Shown here: piece by piece, positions 38,788-50,915 of the stretch
Position numbering within the stretch: the first letter of the stretch is position 1
Layout of the letters: each line of letters starts with the position of its first letter
From: Vicugna vicugna
Taxonomy: Eukaryota
Direction: 5' to 3'
Length of the DNA stretch: 64,000 bases
NCBI GenBank assembly: GCA_013265495.1
Contig: MU060007.1
Coordinates: 12,006,243-12,070,242 of the forward strand
The notes under the pieces: generated by a model
Told to the model about the DNA's origin: nothing
Database searches by the model: none
The model's input: the letters and a program-made list of their open reading frames with translations, nothing else
Made by a program: the position numbers and the translations under genes

Positions 38788-39384
38788 CAGCAGGGCTACA
38801 CAGGCCTGAGGGGTAGGTTTGGCCCTGAAGGGCAGAGGGCATGTGGTCTGCTCTAACCCAGACCCACAAACCAGCTCCACCGTCCCCCAGTGCCGATGCT
38901 CCCCAGACTCCCAGCCCCCTTACTTACCTGTGTCCACGTGGGTGCATCTGGGTGCACCCAGGGTGCTCTGGGCCACTGGCTTTTACCCTGGGGCCTGTGG
39001 GCTGGAGAGGTCCTCTGGGACCTGCTGACAGTGAAGCCAGGTGGAGACTGGACAGCTCTGCTTTTAGCTGTTTTATAGGATGGGCAGCTCCACAGAGTTT
39101 GTTTGGAGGGAAGAGCAAGACTGCAGCAAGCGCAGTAGATGCTGCTTGCTGAAGATGGTGATTTCAGGTCATTGAAGGCTGGGCAGCCCATGTTGGGTCA
39201 GGCAAGAGACCAGGGCTGAGCTGTGCTGAACTCAGGGAGCCAGAGTTCAGTACTACGATGCCTATAGCGGTCAGGTGATCCCAACGTAGAACCAGAGTTG
39301 GGAAGCCCTGTTCTGTTTCACTCTATTTTCACAATTTTGGCCAGACCTCTGGTATAGTATATAGACTTCAGATGGTGTCACCAC

Positions 39385-39531
39385 NNNNNNNNNNNNNNNN
39401 NNNNNNNNNNNNNNNNNNNNNNNNNNNNNNNNNNNNNNNNNNNNNNNNNNNNNNNNNNNNNNNNNNNNNNNNNNNNNNNNNNNNNNNNNNNNNNNNNNNN
39501 NNNNNNNNNNNNNNNNNNNNNNNNNNNNNNN
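39385..39531. other. Assembly gap (147 N)
   Basis: N run adjacent to an L1 3' end. Confidence 0.99.
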
Positions 39532-39534
39532 TCG

Positions 39535-39885
39535 CTTTTCAACCATTTTATGAAGGTGTGATTGACGTATTTAATGCATACAACCTGATGAGTTCTGAGA
39601 TAAGTATCCATCCATGAAACCGGCACCACAGTCTATGCCGTAAACATATCCATCACCTCCAAACATTTCCTCCCAGCCCCTTTGTTATTATTTTGGGTGT
39701 GTGCATGTGAGATAAGAACACTTAACATAAGATCTACCCTCTTAGCAGTTTTGTAAACACACAGTACAGTATTGTTAACCGTATACACCATGCAGTACAG
39801 TAGATCTCTAGGACATACTCATCTCGCATCACCGAAACTGTGTACCCTCTGACTAATGCCTCCTGATTTCCCCACCCCCCTTCCC
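39535..39885 (-). mobile_element. L1MA/MB-type 3' end, antisense
   Basis: ...GATAAGAACACTTAACATAAGATCTACCCTCTTAGCA...ACAGTACAGTATTGTTAACC...TAGATCTCTAGGAC is a typical L1MA8-10/L1MB complement. Confidence 0.8.
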
Positions 39886-40124
39886 TGTAATTGTCTGTTA
39901 ATACTTTGTTCCCTTGGCTGCTGGTTCAGATCTGGTTCAGATCTCAGCCGTGAGAGGGTTGAATAGTTGATCACTATTTTGAGGCTATCAGTCGAAGGTC
40001 ATAGATTCGACTGAAAGTGAAATGATTTCTTGCGGTAGGTGCATCCGATTTATCTGTGTGCCCAGTCCTGCGGCAAGTGCTGTGGGAATTCAGGAGACCT
40101 GTAACTGGGATTTTTATACTTACA

Positions 40125-40250
40125 GTGTGTGGAATGCTCACCACCTATAGGATCTCATGTCATCCTCACCATCGTCCTGTGAGGAAGGCATTGGTTTATC
40201 CTCATTTTACACACACAGAAACAGGAATTCAGAGTGGTTAAATGACTTAA
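40125..40250 (-). mobile_element. MIR fragment
   Basis: ATCTCATGTCATCCTCACCATCGTCCTGTGAGGAAGG...CCTCATTTTACA...AGAAACAGGAATTCAGAGTGGTTAAATGACTT. Confidence 0.7.
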
Positions 40251-41023
40251 TAAGATAATAAAAAGAGATTATTCTAAAGGCTGCTAAAATGCACAGTGGT
40301 TTCTCTGAGTTTCTTTCCAGAGCTAGAGTAATGGCATAGGGTATGCTGCTGCTAAATTCCAACAGTTCTGTAGATCCCAGCTTTCCATATGGCTATTAGG
40401 GGCTTTTTTCATCTCTGAAAATTAAGCAAAAAGGGTCAGTAAGGCGTCAGCTCAGAGTGTGGGGGTTCTAGCCAGTGTTCCTCGGGAAGTATTTTTTAGA
40501 GAAGAATTTCTATTTTTAGATCCAGAACGATATTTAAAAACAAAACCCAAGACAACTGTGAGCACATTTGCATCTGGATATGTAAGTCCTCACCACACAG
40601 CGAGATGAGAGGCAGCCATGGCGTGAGCCCGCAGTTTTCTGGACACATAACACATGAGCAGACTGAAGGTTTGATCCACATTTGCGTCCAGCCTGTGCCT
40701 CCACGTGTAGCCCACATGCGCTGTGATGGGGCGGACGCGCCAGCAGTGGGCAGCGGGGCTCAGACTGGCTGGCGCAATAAGGACCTGAGTGACTTGAACT
40801 TCACTTTGAATTTGGGATTCCCTTGAACTTTCCTTGGATTGAAGAAATGGTCAGCAAATCAAATGTTTAGTGTAAATGAAACCTTACTGTAATAAACTTT
40901 GACACATTTGACTCACATAACAAACTAACAAACAAGCTGCTTTCAAGAACTTTTAAGCACAAAAGTTGAGGCAATTGTTGCTAATTAAACTTAAATCCAA
41001 CCTGTTGATTAAAAGTATCTGAC

Positions 41024-41099
41024 GAGGAGGGGTAATAGCTCAGTGGCAGAGCACGTGCTTAGCATGCACGAGGTCCTGGGTTCAATCATTAAAAAAAAA
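41024..41099 (+). mobile_element. vic-1-like SINE, short (3' body missing)
   Basis: GAGGAGGGGTAATAGCTCAGTGGCAGAGCACGTGCTTAGCATGCACGAGGTCCTGGGTTCAATC followed by an A tail. AAAAGTAT occurs on both sides (41011-41018 and 41096-41103). Confidence 0.88.
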
Positions 41100-41834
41100 G
41101 TATGTATATAAAATGGGTTTTCCCCCATTAGCCCAAGTATGTTTGCCGCAAGTGAATGTGTATTGTCATCAAACTACAAAGATGCATCACACTAGCAGGA
41201 ATAATAAAATGGGTCATTAGAGGTAGAATGCAATTTTAAACTGATCTTTGTGAATTATAAAACAACAAAGCGGAAACAAATAGAGCTCAGTGGAAATGAA
41301 TGGCAGGCCACTCAACAGGGCCAAAAAAGGACTGAACCCTGAAAGTGACAGATTAATGCTGCCACCCTAAGTGCTTCCCACGCCCTAGTCCTGCTCAAAC
41401 TCTGGAACACGAATGGGGGACAAGTAGGTTCTCTTTAAACCCAGACCAGAGAAATGATTTGTTTTGTTTTATTTTGGGGTTTTTTTTTCTGGTATAATAA
41501 GGAATTCCATCCACTTTCCTTTTCTTTGTAAAATCTTGAATAGAACAGTATATAAAAGAAAAAAACCTATGCTAAACTGATAATAGCTGGCATTCAGTGA
41601 CCTTTACAGCCAGACATTGTTCCCCATTTCATAGAGCTATTGCAAGGATTAAATGAGTTAGTATACACAGAACACTTAACACAGGGTTTTCTGTTTGTAA
41701 GCAGGTAGTAGGTGCTTATAAGCATTAGCTGTTATCTTTATTGTTGATAGGGTGACAATAGTCTTACAATTTACTGGATACTGTGCTAAGCACTGTATGT
41801 GCCTTGTCTCACTTGATATTGTTATACTAGTTTT

Positions 41835-42753
41835 TGTATACATGTGTTTTTATTGAAGTGTAGTCAGTTTACAATGTTGTGTCAGTTTCTGGTGTACAGC
41901 AGAATGCTTCAGTCATACATGAACATACATATATATGTTTTCATACTCTTCTTCACCACAAGTTACTACAAGATATTGAATATAGTTCCCTGTGCTACAC
42001 AGTAAGAATTTGTTGTTTATCTATTTTATATATATGAATTAGTATCTGCAAATCTTGAACTCCCAGTTTATCCCTTCCCACACCCAGTAACCATAGGTTT
42101 CTTTTCTGTGTCTGTGAGTCTGTTTCTGTTTGGTAAATAAGTTCATTTGTCTTTTTTTTTTTTTAGTGATAACATAAGATATTTTTCTTTCTCTTTCTGG
42201 CTTACTTCATGTAGAATGACAATCTCCAGGTCCATCCATGTTGCTGCAAATGGCATTAACATGTTGCTGGGCATTATTTTATTATNNNNNNNNNNNNNNN
42301 NNNNNNNNNNNNNNNNNNNNNNNNNNNNNNNNNNNNNNNNNNNNNNNNNNNNNNNNNNNNNNNNNNNNNNNNNNNNNNNNNNNNNNNNNNNNNNNNNNNN
42401 NNNNNNNNNNNNNNNGTGCGTGTATCTTTTCGAATTAGAATTGCCTCCAGATATGTGCCCAGGAGTGGGATTGCTGAATCATATGGTAACTCTGTTTTTA
42501 GTCTTTTGAGGAATCTCCATGCTGTTTTCCAAAATGGCTGCACCAGACTACATTCCCACCAGCAGTGCAGGAGGGTTCCCTTTTCTCCACATCCTCTCCA
42601 GCATTTGTCGTTTGTGGACTTTTGAATGATGGCCACTCTGACTGGTGTGAGGTGATACTTAATGGCACTTTTGATTTGCATTTCTCTGATAATTAGTGAT
42701 ATTGAGCATGTTTTCATGTGCCTATTGGCCATTTGTATGTCTTCATTGGAGAC
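41835..42753 (-). mobile_element. 5'-truncated L1 (ORF2 C-terminus + 3' UTR), antisense, splitting a MIR
   Basis: ORF 42274..42732(-) [56 protein letters not shown] corresponds to the ORF2 Cys-rich C-terminus. TSD ATTGTTATACTA(G/A)TTTT, 16/17, at 41818-41834 and 42754-42770. Confidence 0.95.
42286..42415. other. Assembly gap (130 N) within L1
   Basis: N run. Confidence 0.99.
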
Positions 42754-42836
42754 ATTGTTATACTAATTTTATAGATAGTAAACGGAGGCCTGGAAAGTTG
42801 AGAAAGTTACCCAAGATTGCACAACTGGAAATAATA

Positions 42837-43035
42837 ACATTTATTGTGCACTTACTATATGCTGGACATAGTGCTAATTAACATTTTCAATGCATCATCA
42901 CATTTAGGCCACATAACTAGCCTATGAAATAGGTTATATTATCCTGGTTTTACAGATGAGGAAACCTAGGCCTGTAGAGGTCAGCGAATACCTAAGGTCA
43001 CACAGCCAGTGAGTGATGGAGCAGAGATTCGAAAC
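42837..43035 (-). mobile_element. MIR SINE
   Basis: CATTTATTGTGCACTTACTATATGC...TTTTACAGATGAGGAAACCTAGG...AAGGTCACACAGCCAGTGAGTGATGGAGCAGAGATTCGAAACCA. Confidence 0.85.
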
Positions 43036-44415
43036 CAAGCTGTCTGGTTCCTAAAGGGCATGCTCTGTACTGCTGTGAACCACGACCCTCTGGGAGAGGG
43101 CTCTCAGGGACTCACTTCAGTGGCACAGCCTTTCCTTTTGTTCTCATTACCATTCCCAGCAGTGCTGTCCTTCAGGGTCACAATGCTCACTCTTCAAAGG
43201 CCCCATTCTCCAGTGACACCCGCTCATTCTACTTGAATGTTACAGAGAGGGAGAGACCCAGACAGTCCCAATCACCCCTGGATGCTAAGCACTCCTCACC
43301 ACCCTGCCCAGTTTTCTCTAGACATGGAAACTTTGCTTTTTACGAACTTTCTTCCTATTTGTAAGTCAGTGAACATGTTTATTTTATTTAAGCCTTGTGT
43401 AGTTAAACATCTCAAAAGTTATACACCAAAATATTAACAGCAGCTAATAGATTCATAGGTAATTTTAATTTTCCCATTCATACATTTTTGGATTTTCCAA
43501 CTTATATTCAATAAGCATATTAAATATATAGTCAGAAAAATATCATGTATTTTATAACAATCATAGATTATATGAGACGGTAGCTTCCCAAGAGTTGGAA
43601 GGTTGCATTGAACAGCCAACAGGGCAAGATTGCCTTTCATAACACCAGAAGATCAGAAGTGTCCCAGGCATCCTTCAGTCCCTTCCCCAAGTTTGATGAA
43701 TCCATCGCCAATCACTAATTAGTGTCTTTCAAGTTATATTTTAGCTGCAGACTCTTTTTCAAACAAAAATGTAGAGAAGTACAATATATTTATCAAGTAC
43801 TTCAGATTCTTTCTTAAGGATTAAACTGCACAGATTGAAATGGAGATGGGGAACCTGGATTCTCCCCATTAACTCACTATCCCTTCTAGAGGCAACTCCC
43901 AAGATGCTTCTGGAAACCCTCTGGCTCCAGAAAACATAGCTCTCCACTGAAAACCATTGGACAGCTCATTCTGGAAACTTGAACTCCTTTAGTTTTCTGG
44001 AGGCTGCTCAGATAAGGTCTATAAGTTGACTGTGTATTACGTAAGACAGTGATTTCTTTTGTTTGCCAAAATTTTTTTTTCTTGCTTATCTCCTTTACAT
44101 CCAAAATCAATATACAAGACCAGTCCATCTTATAACTGAGTATTTCAATCTGGCCGGAAAGCTTTATTATCTCAGAGGTGGTTTTCAGCTCAGAAGGCAA
44201 GTGAAAGATGTGTTTGTTTATGCTTCTGTCTGAACTCCCTCATCTCTGCCTGGAGGTTAACAAATCCCATGCCCTTTTCTCATCCATCAAGCTGATGGAC
44301 GGAATATTTGGCCCTTCTGGACATGCTCTGAAACCTGCTCTCTTGACATCTGTGATGTGCTGTTGAATTGGTTTTCTTCCTCATATTACTTTCTTCTTCT
44401 CTGCCTCATTTGCTA

Positions 44416-44621
44416 CAGCTTTCCTTTGGCACTAGTCTCTGTCTCTGGGCACATAACTTACAGCCAGTGCTCTGTGCCCGTGGTTTCTCCATATCCACAG
44501 TTCCACATCCATGCATCCAACCAACCGCAGATCCTGTAGTACTGTAATATTTACTCTGGAAAAAAATCCGTGTGTAAGTGGACCCATGTATTTCAAACCT
44601 GTGTTGCTCAAGGATCAACTG
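44416..44621 (-). mobile_element. Tigger1-derived MITE (Tigger1a_Art-like, TcMar)
   Basis: Minus strand TA-CAGTTGATCCTTGAGCAACACAGGTTTGAAATACATGGGTCCACTTACACACGGATTTTTT...TACAGTACTACAGGATCTGCGGTTGGTTG matches the Tigger1 TIR with a TA target site at 44622-44623. The other end is degenerate. Confidence 0.75.
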
Positions 44622-47107
44622 TAATAGCTTAATAAATAAATTAGTAAAGTAACCTAAATTCCCTTCAAAGGGGGAATGCATAAGTAAAATGTGGTAGTTT
44701 TATATAGTGAAGTATTAGTTAAAAGAGATACATATATATGTATATACACTTACATACATACATTATCACACAGCTCTAAAAACATAGTAGTGGATGAAAA
44801 AGCATGTTATAAAGTATGTATAACATAACACATACGTGTGCGTTTCTAAAGTATAAAAATATTATATATTATTCCTTGACACATACATATGTTACTGTAT
44901 TTTTTAAATGGCTGAAAGATACTCTATGCCCTGAAGTCATGACAGCAGCAGCCTCTGAATCAGTGGATGAAGGGACTGGGATTGAGGATGAGGGGAGAAA
45001 GGAGACTGTCATTTCATCTTAATTGTCCTACTTCTTTTGTTAAAAAAAAGCAAGTGTGACAAAATGTTAGCATCTGTTCATTCTGGGTGACGGCTCACAG
45101 GGTATTCGTTGTGTTATTCTTTGTACTCTTCTCTTTGTTTAATTTCTCAAAATGAAAAAAATTCAGTTGAGATAACAGCATCTTTTATCATTTAGTCTTA
45201 GACTTATTTATCGTTTGGGTATTTTATGTTCCTGTTTGTTTTGAAAAATAAGTGTATATAAATATAAGTATAGCTGAGATGGCTTAATTTCCTTCCTTGC
45301 TTATGTTCACAAAGCATACTTGTTTTAATTTAACATTCTTTGGTATCAGAATGTGGTCTTTGGACAAACTTGTGAGGAGTAGATGAGGGCTCGCAGTTCA
45401 TCCACAGTCTGTGTGTTAACGTACTTCCTATGATAGACGTCCTTGTGCGCCTCCATCACAAGAAGCATCCGTTTGTACTGGAGCCAAAATAGCCATAAAC
45501 AAACAGAGAAATGAGAAGTCCAAAGATTTCCTCTTTGGTGCTAACGATTTGTTGGTACTGATTGTTAAGACTGAAGGTCTGAAACCACCGATGTTTTTTT
45601 GGCTCAGTCTTCAGTTTGCCTCTTCAGGGTCATTCCCACAGGACTACAAAAGAATGGGACCCCCTGCCTTTTCCACCACTGACGGTGCTTCCCACTTTAA
45701 ACCCTGCGCAGCATGGAAGTCCTGCTCTTGCAGGGTGGGGGACACTCTTCAGCATCCTTTATATCACGATGGTGATGCTGGACAGATGGTGGAGAGTGAT
45801 CTCACACACCAGCTATGAGCCGTTGGAAGGGCAGCCTGGCAGCCCTTGAAAGTGCACCCAAGATGATTGCTGTGACCATATTTGAAAAGTTAATGGATAA
45901 ATGTGGATTTAAGACAGACTGAATATTACACAATTAGGCCCTAAGTTGAGGCTTTTAAGCAGGCACAGGTAGGAGTGAGGTGGGGACCTGCATACCTTGT
46001 GGTCAGGAATCCACCAGGGTCTTCAATTAGAGTAGAACTCAGCTCTCTCGTGCTGCACCTCATTCGCTCCTCCTCACAACCGGGCAGAGGAGGAAGTTAT
46101 CCGAAAGAAACTGAGCATGCTCAGTCAGACCCTTCTGTTTGTCTACTTTTGGAGCCAGCTTGTCCGCAGCATATATGGCAATACTCTGGTTGGCTCTGGG
46201 CTGTGTGCTCTGAGGGAGCCCAGTGGTTGTCCAGCAAGATCAGTGATGATTGGTTTAGTCTTTCTAAGTCAAGGGTCAATTATTAGCAAGTCCTCTCTGC
46301 CACAGATTTGAAGCTGTGTTCTCTCCAATCAACTTTATCAGTAACAAAAGCAATATTTTTCACTCTATCTGTCTGGCCTCTACCTCTCAGTTGGTTCTAA
46401 AACTTGAGAGGGTAAGAAGGAGCAGGTACTATTAATTGTTCCCCCCAAAATCTGATGATCAATTAATATAAGACCTCAAGATGATAGATTAATGTAATCC
46501 ATGATGCCAACCAATGATTTATATACCAGACTAATTCTTAACCCAGAATTATCGTGTCTGAATAGTTAACTGAGCATTGCTTGCTTACTTTTAGATTTCA
46601 TAAGTGGGGCCAAAAAAAGTATACGTGTACGATTATCATGGCATGCTTGAACTCTCATGGCTTGAGACAGACTCCATTAAAATGTGCACTTTATAATGTC
46701 TTATACTATCTACAGAGGTATAAGTATACACAGAAAATGTATTTATGGAATTCAATCATTTAAAAGCAAAACCACAACATACCAAAAAAACAAGCCAGTA
46801 TGCTGTCGCAGAACACAGCTCCATATGGCCAGCTGTACGCTGGCAGAACGTAGTGGTTTTAAGGATGAATTAGTGTTCTAATCTCTTTGGGATTTCCTTT
46901 ATATTTGTGGTGGTTTATGACTGACGTTTAACATAACTGTAGCTTTCTGTTTGTATTTAATAGAAGATTCGTTTCTGTGGCGGGACACACATTTACGCGC
47001 CAGAGTTGAATAAAAGCTACTGTTCGGCAAGAGGGGTATAAAATGTTGATTTATAACGACACATTCCAGTAACAGTGATCTAATTCTTCCAAACTCTTTC
47101 TCCCCAG

Positions 47108-47230
47108 GTCCTGGGAACAGCATGGCTCCAGCAAAGGATGGTTCTTCTCTTCCAGAGCATTCAGCCTTCAACACATCTGTCCATGCTGCAATTAGACACA
47201 GGAACTGGAAACTCCTCACGGGCTACCCAG
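47108..47230 (+). CDS. ARSB: Arylsulfatase B (N-acetylgalactosamine-4-sulfatase), penultimate coding exon (human exon 7 equivalent), 123 bp, phase 1 at both ends
   Basis: Acceptor ctttctccccAG at 47106-47107 and donor GTagaa at 47231. Translates as (C)[40 protein letters not shown](G), matching the recalled human ARSB segment [42 protein letters not shown]. Confidence 0.97.
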
Positions 47231-48003
47231 GTAGAATGCTTAGCTTTTCCCACCAGGACAGCAAGGAAAACTTTACCAAAGAACAATGGCCTTTTGTAAA
47301 ACAGGATCTCTGGGGCTGCTGAGTGAGGAGGAGGAGTGTAATCTCGTTCTGAATTTTAAGCAATTGAGAATTAACTGTAGGGGTGGAGGGGTAAGAGGAA
47401 GAAAGGCAGCTCTAGTGCTTCGTGGAAAATAAGTTTCCCATCTGTGTGGCCGTCACGCACGGCACATCCAGCTAGCAAAGAGAACCTCTGAACGCTTCAT
47501 CCGCAACCCATGGTGTAGCCACAGAAGGAGGTGGCTTCCCCTACGCACGTTCTCTAAAAGTGACATCTTTTAAATATGTTCCTGGTATGTGGGATGATGG
47601 TTAAGACTGTGATGCAGTTAAGCCATGTTTATAATGAGGACATTCTTGGCTGTCCCCTGTGTTGTAAGATACTTTAGCATCCCTGGCCCATGACCACTGA
47701 ATGGCAATCGTACCCCTCCCCCGCCCAAGTCACTGTGAAGACTTAAAATTACCTCACTCCCCAGTCCCCCCGCTACACACATACATGCATGCGTGTTTCC
47801 AGACGCCCTGGTGGTGAAGCGGTGAGGTATGTTTAGTTAAAGCCCCAGAGGTCAGAATCTGAGGCAGATCTGGATATAGGTCACAACTTTGTTCCATGTC
47901 CCGACCCAAGCCCAGTTCAGCCTTGTCCCACAGACTCCTTCCTTAAAATTAGAACCTGCCTACAATACTTCTCCCTCAATAAACTATTATATTTCTTCAC
48001 CAG
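47231..48003 (+). other. ARSB: ARSB last intron, 773 bp, GT-AG
   Basis: GT at 47231 and AG at 48002-48003 join the two exons in frame. Confidence 0.95.
47645..47810 (-). mobile_element. MER20-like remnant in the ARSB last intron
   Basis: GGCTGTCCCCTGTGTTGTAAGATACTTTAGCATCCCTGGCCCATGACCACT resembles the MER20 complement. Confidence 0.6.
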
Positions 48004-48269
48004 GCTGTGGTTACTGGTTTCCTCCACCGTCTCTATACAATGTTTCTGAGATATCCTCACCGGACCCACCGACCAAGACCTTCTGGCTCTTTGATATTGA
48101 TCAGGACCCCGAGGAAAGGCACGACCTGTCAAGGGAATACCCACACATCGTCAGGCAGCTCCTCTCCCGCCTGCAGTTCTACCAGAAACACTCAGTGCCT
48201 GTGTACTTCCCGGCGCAAGATCCCCGCTGTGACCCCAAGGCCACTGGGGCTTGGGGCCCTTGGATGTAG
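48004..48269 (+). CDS. ARSB: Arylsulfatase B terminal coding exon (human exon 8 equivalent), 266 bp including TAG
   Basis: Acceptor ttcttcaccAG at 48002-48003, in frame with the previous exon (G|GC TGT). Encodes [88 protein letters not shown], the ARSB C-terminus. Confidence 0.98.
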
Positions 48270-49652
48270 GATTCCAGGCAGCCCGACGGGGGGTGGGGTG
48301 GGCAGTGGTGGCTAGATATTCCTTCTGTTGCAGGTTGGACTTCAGGCCTTTACTGTGTGACTTGTCTCATCTGTTCTCTCATCTTGGGCTCACCTGGCCC
48401 TTGTCTGGCTCCTAAACCACATGTAGGTGTCTCATTTCAACCCCTAGTACATTTGAGAAGCTGATAAAATCTGAACACTTCTGCTTTTGGCTGGGGCATG
48501 TGTCCAGAGGAGGAGAGGGTGACTGGGTTCATCCTCTTTCTCCTGAACTGTGGGACCGCTGGGAAGTCGAATTGCAATAGGAAGTTCTCGAGTCCTGGAG
48601 GCCGGAGCAGCTGGCTCTTTTCGCCTCACAAGTCATATGTTGGATACCCCTCTGCCGATAGCTGGGTTTTATTAGAGTGACTCATGTTTCTTGTAACAAA
48701 TGAAAGGAACAGACAGTTGTTAATGGCTCTGCTGGCCAGAGGTTCTCCCTGGCTGGGAGAGATCGTGTTCGGGCATTCCATGCAAAGAACTCGCCTTGGT
48801 TCGCCCCTCGCTCACGCATCTCACCACTCACCTCGTCCCTCATCCCGTCATAGAGCATAAGGCTCGTTTCGTTGTTGAGACCGGCGTGGCAATATGCCTG
48901 CTCCTTGTTTTCACTTTTACAATAGAGGAATGTGTTTTTACCCCCAGGTTTTTTCCCAGCCATTGCTCATTTTGTCTGGACTGCCTGCAAGCCCCAACCC
49001 CCTTTGTGGTTGTTTTTCTACCCTTTCTTCTGACCCGGGAGTCCCATGCCTGGGAAGGCAGCTTTGCTTCTCCACTTTGGGCACCACTGGTTTCTGGAAC
49101 TCTGCTGAGGCCTGCCTTCCGTTTGCCCCTGACACTGAAGCTAGAGCGCTGCCCAGAGAGGGAGGTGCGTCTGGCTCTGTGAGCACCCTCTCGGCGGACG
49201 CCCAGAGGGCTGGGTGGGCAGGGCTTGGTCTGTGTCATCAGTTTGCTGGCATTTTTCCTCATTTCATGGAGTTTATTCTCATGATCGTGGCTGTCTCATT
49301 AGATATCCAGTTGCACTGTTGTTACCTCGCAGTGAGGAGAAACCTGGGGAAGGGATAACCTTGTCCTGAGATGATGGAAGTGGGCAGTTTGAAAAAGGAA
49401 ATGGCCAGCATCTGGGATCCTGGGCCTTGGTAATGCAGAAGAGGCGCATCCACGTTTCTCACATTCTCTCAGCTTGACTGCTTGTGCTGAGGTTCTGAGG
49501 CTGGGGAAACAGGATGCACAGTTTGACCTGCTGGCTCTTTCTCAGTCCCACCAGTGTCCTAACAAGGACCAGTCCAAATTAGCGCCAGAGAGTGTCAAAC
49601 TCAGAGATATATGTCCAAAAATTATCTTCTTTTTTACATTAGCTCCACAGCT

Positions 49653-49746
49653 TCATTCACTGCTGATCACCAGTGCCTGGCACACAGAGGGCACTGAATA
49701 CACTTTAAAAAACAATGAATGAGTGAATGAATGAATGAACAAATGA
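49653..49746 (+). mobile_element. L2 3' terminus in the ARSB 3' UTR
   Basis: CAGTGCCTGGCACACAGAGGGCACTGAATAC followed by a (TGAA)n tail. Confidence 0.7.
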
Positions 49747-50679
49747 GTCAATGAGAAAGTCTCACACCATGAAAGGTGCCAGGCCAGTGAGCTGCATGTG
49801 GGGCTGAATATAAATATCTTCCATCCATGGCTTTTCTGTTCTCAAGCTGCCCATCTGAGGCAGGAGCCCAGTTTGCATATCTGGGCAGTCTGGGACATGC
49901 CATGGTCAAGTTGTAACATCCTCTGTTTCCCCCACTCTGGAGGGAGATATGCCTTCTAATAGTACCCTTTTGCCAATAATCCTCAGTTCTGTTCTTCAGA
50001 GGACACTAGAAACTAAAACCACCAAGTAATGAGATAGAGGTAACAGTACAGACATCCTTCAGTTCAGGAGCAATAATCTCTGGTGACGACTAACTTGTGT
50101 TAAAATACAACGAATGGAAGGAAATGGTGCTAGAACTAATGACACCTGTTACTAACCTGTCCTCGGCTCCTAGGTTGGCATACAGCTGGCCAAAATGCTA
50201 TTACCTCTCACTCCCAAGCCTGTGGCTATGAACTAACTGAGCCCAGATGTTCCTTCTGGATCCGTCTAACCCCGGAGCCGCAGGTACCACTAATACTGTA
50301 AGATTGGAAGCCATCACTACATGACACCTGTTTGCTCCCCCTGCTGTTCTCCCAGCAGCCGTTCCCAATTCTCGTTCCTTGACTGCTGTGTACATATGTG
50401 GATGTTCTGCACTCCATGACTCTAAAAGGAATTTTAAAGACTGATTTTTTGGTAAACCTTTGATTGGAGATTTTGTATTAGCTGTAAGAGAATGCATCTC
50501 ATTAGATTTTCTTATTCTGTACAAGAATGTGAACAGATTCATATGTTGTCATTAGAAGTATGAATGGTGTTTCTTTCTGAATTCGTTTACCTTTAAAGAA
50601 GGGTTTTATTTTATTGTTTTTCTTTGTCACTTCATGACTATTCCAGATTTGGGGGGCAAAAAAATAATCTTTTAAAGTG

Positions 50680-50915
50680 CATCGGCTGTGAGTATGGGGT
50701 TTGCATGTGGGAGGTGAAAATGTTCTGGAAGTAGCGAGTGGTGATGGTTGCACAACATCATGAACACACTTAATGCCTCTGAATTGTACACTTTAAAATG
50801 ATTAGAATGGTGAAATCGATCAATTTTCAGTTATGTAGATTTTACCACAGTTTTTACATGTGGCCATTTTATGGTATGTGAATTACAACTCAGTAAAGCT
50901 ATTAGATAAATAAAT
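50680..50915 (+). mobile_element. Old L1M 3' end, sense
   Basis: GGTGAAAATGTTCTGGAAGTAG...GTGATGGTTGCACAACATCATGAA...CTGAATTGTACACTTTAAAATG is typical of an L1MB/MC 3' UTR. Confidence 0.8.
50909..50914 (+). terminator. Candidate polyadenylation signal AATAAA (AGTAAA at 50892-50897 just upstream)
   Basis: First canonical hexamer after the ARSB stop. It lies in the A-rich tail of an old sense L1 3' end. Confidence 0.35.

Larger units (their letters stand above)
1..47107 (+). other. ARSB: ARSB long penultimate intron (3' part; upstream exon not found in the window)
   Basis: I found no sequence encoding the preceding exon ([23 protein letters not shown]-like). The region is repeat-rich and non-coding. 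The human equivalent intron is tens of kb (from memory). Confidence 0.75.

Noticed and set aside
39921-39944. 11-bp tandem duplication CTGGTTCAGAT x2
   Set aside because: An ordinary slippage duplication with no further structure.
42237-42285. Local duplication CATGTTGCTG...GCATT inside L1
   Set aside because: Directly abuts an N gap, so it is probably an assembly edge artefact.
47889-48003. Apparent N-terminal extension of the 126-aa ORF ([10 protein letters not shown]...)
   Set aside because: Intronic read-through upstream of the AG acceptor. ARSB similarity starts at 48004.
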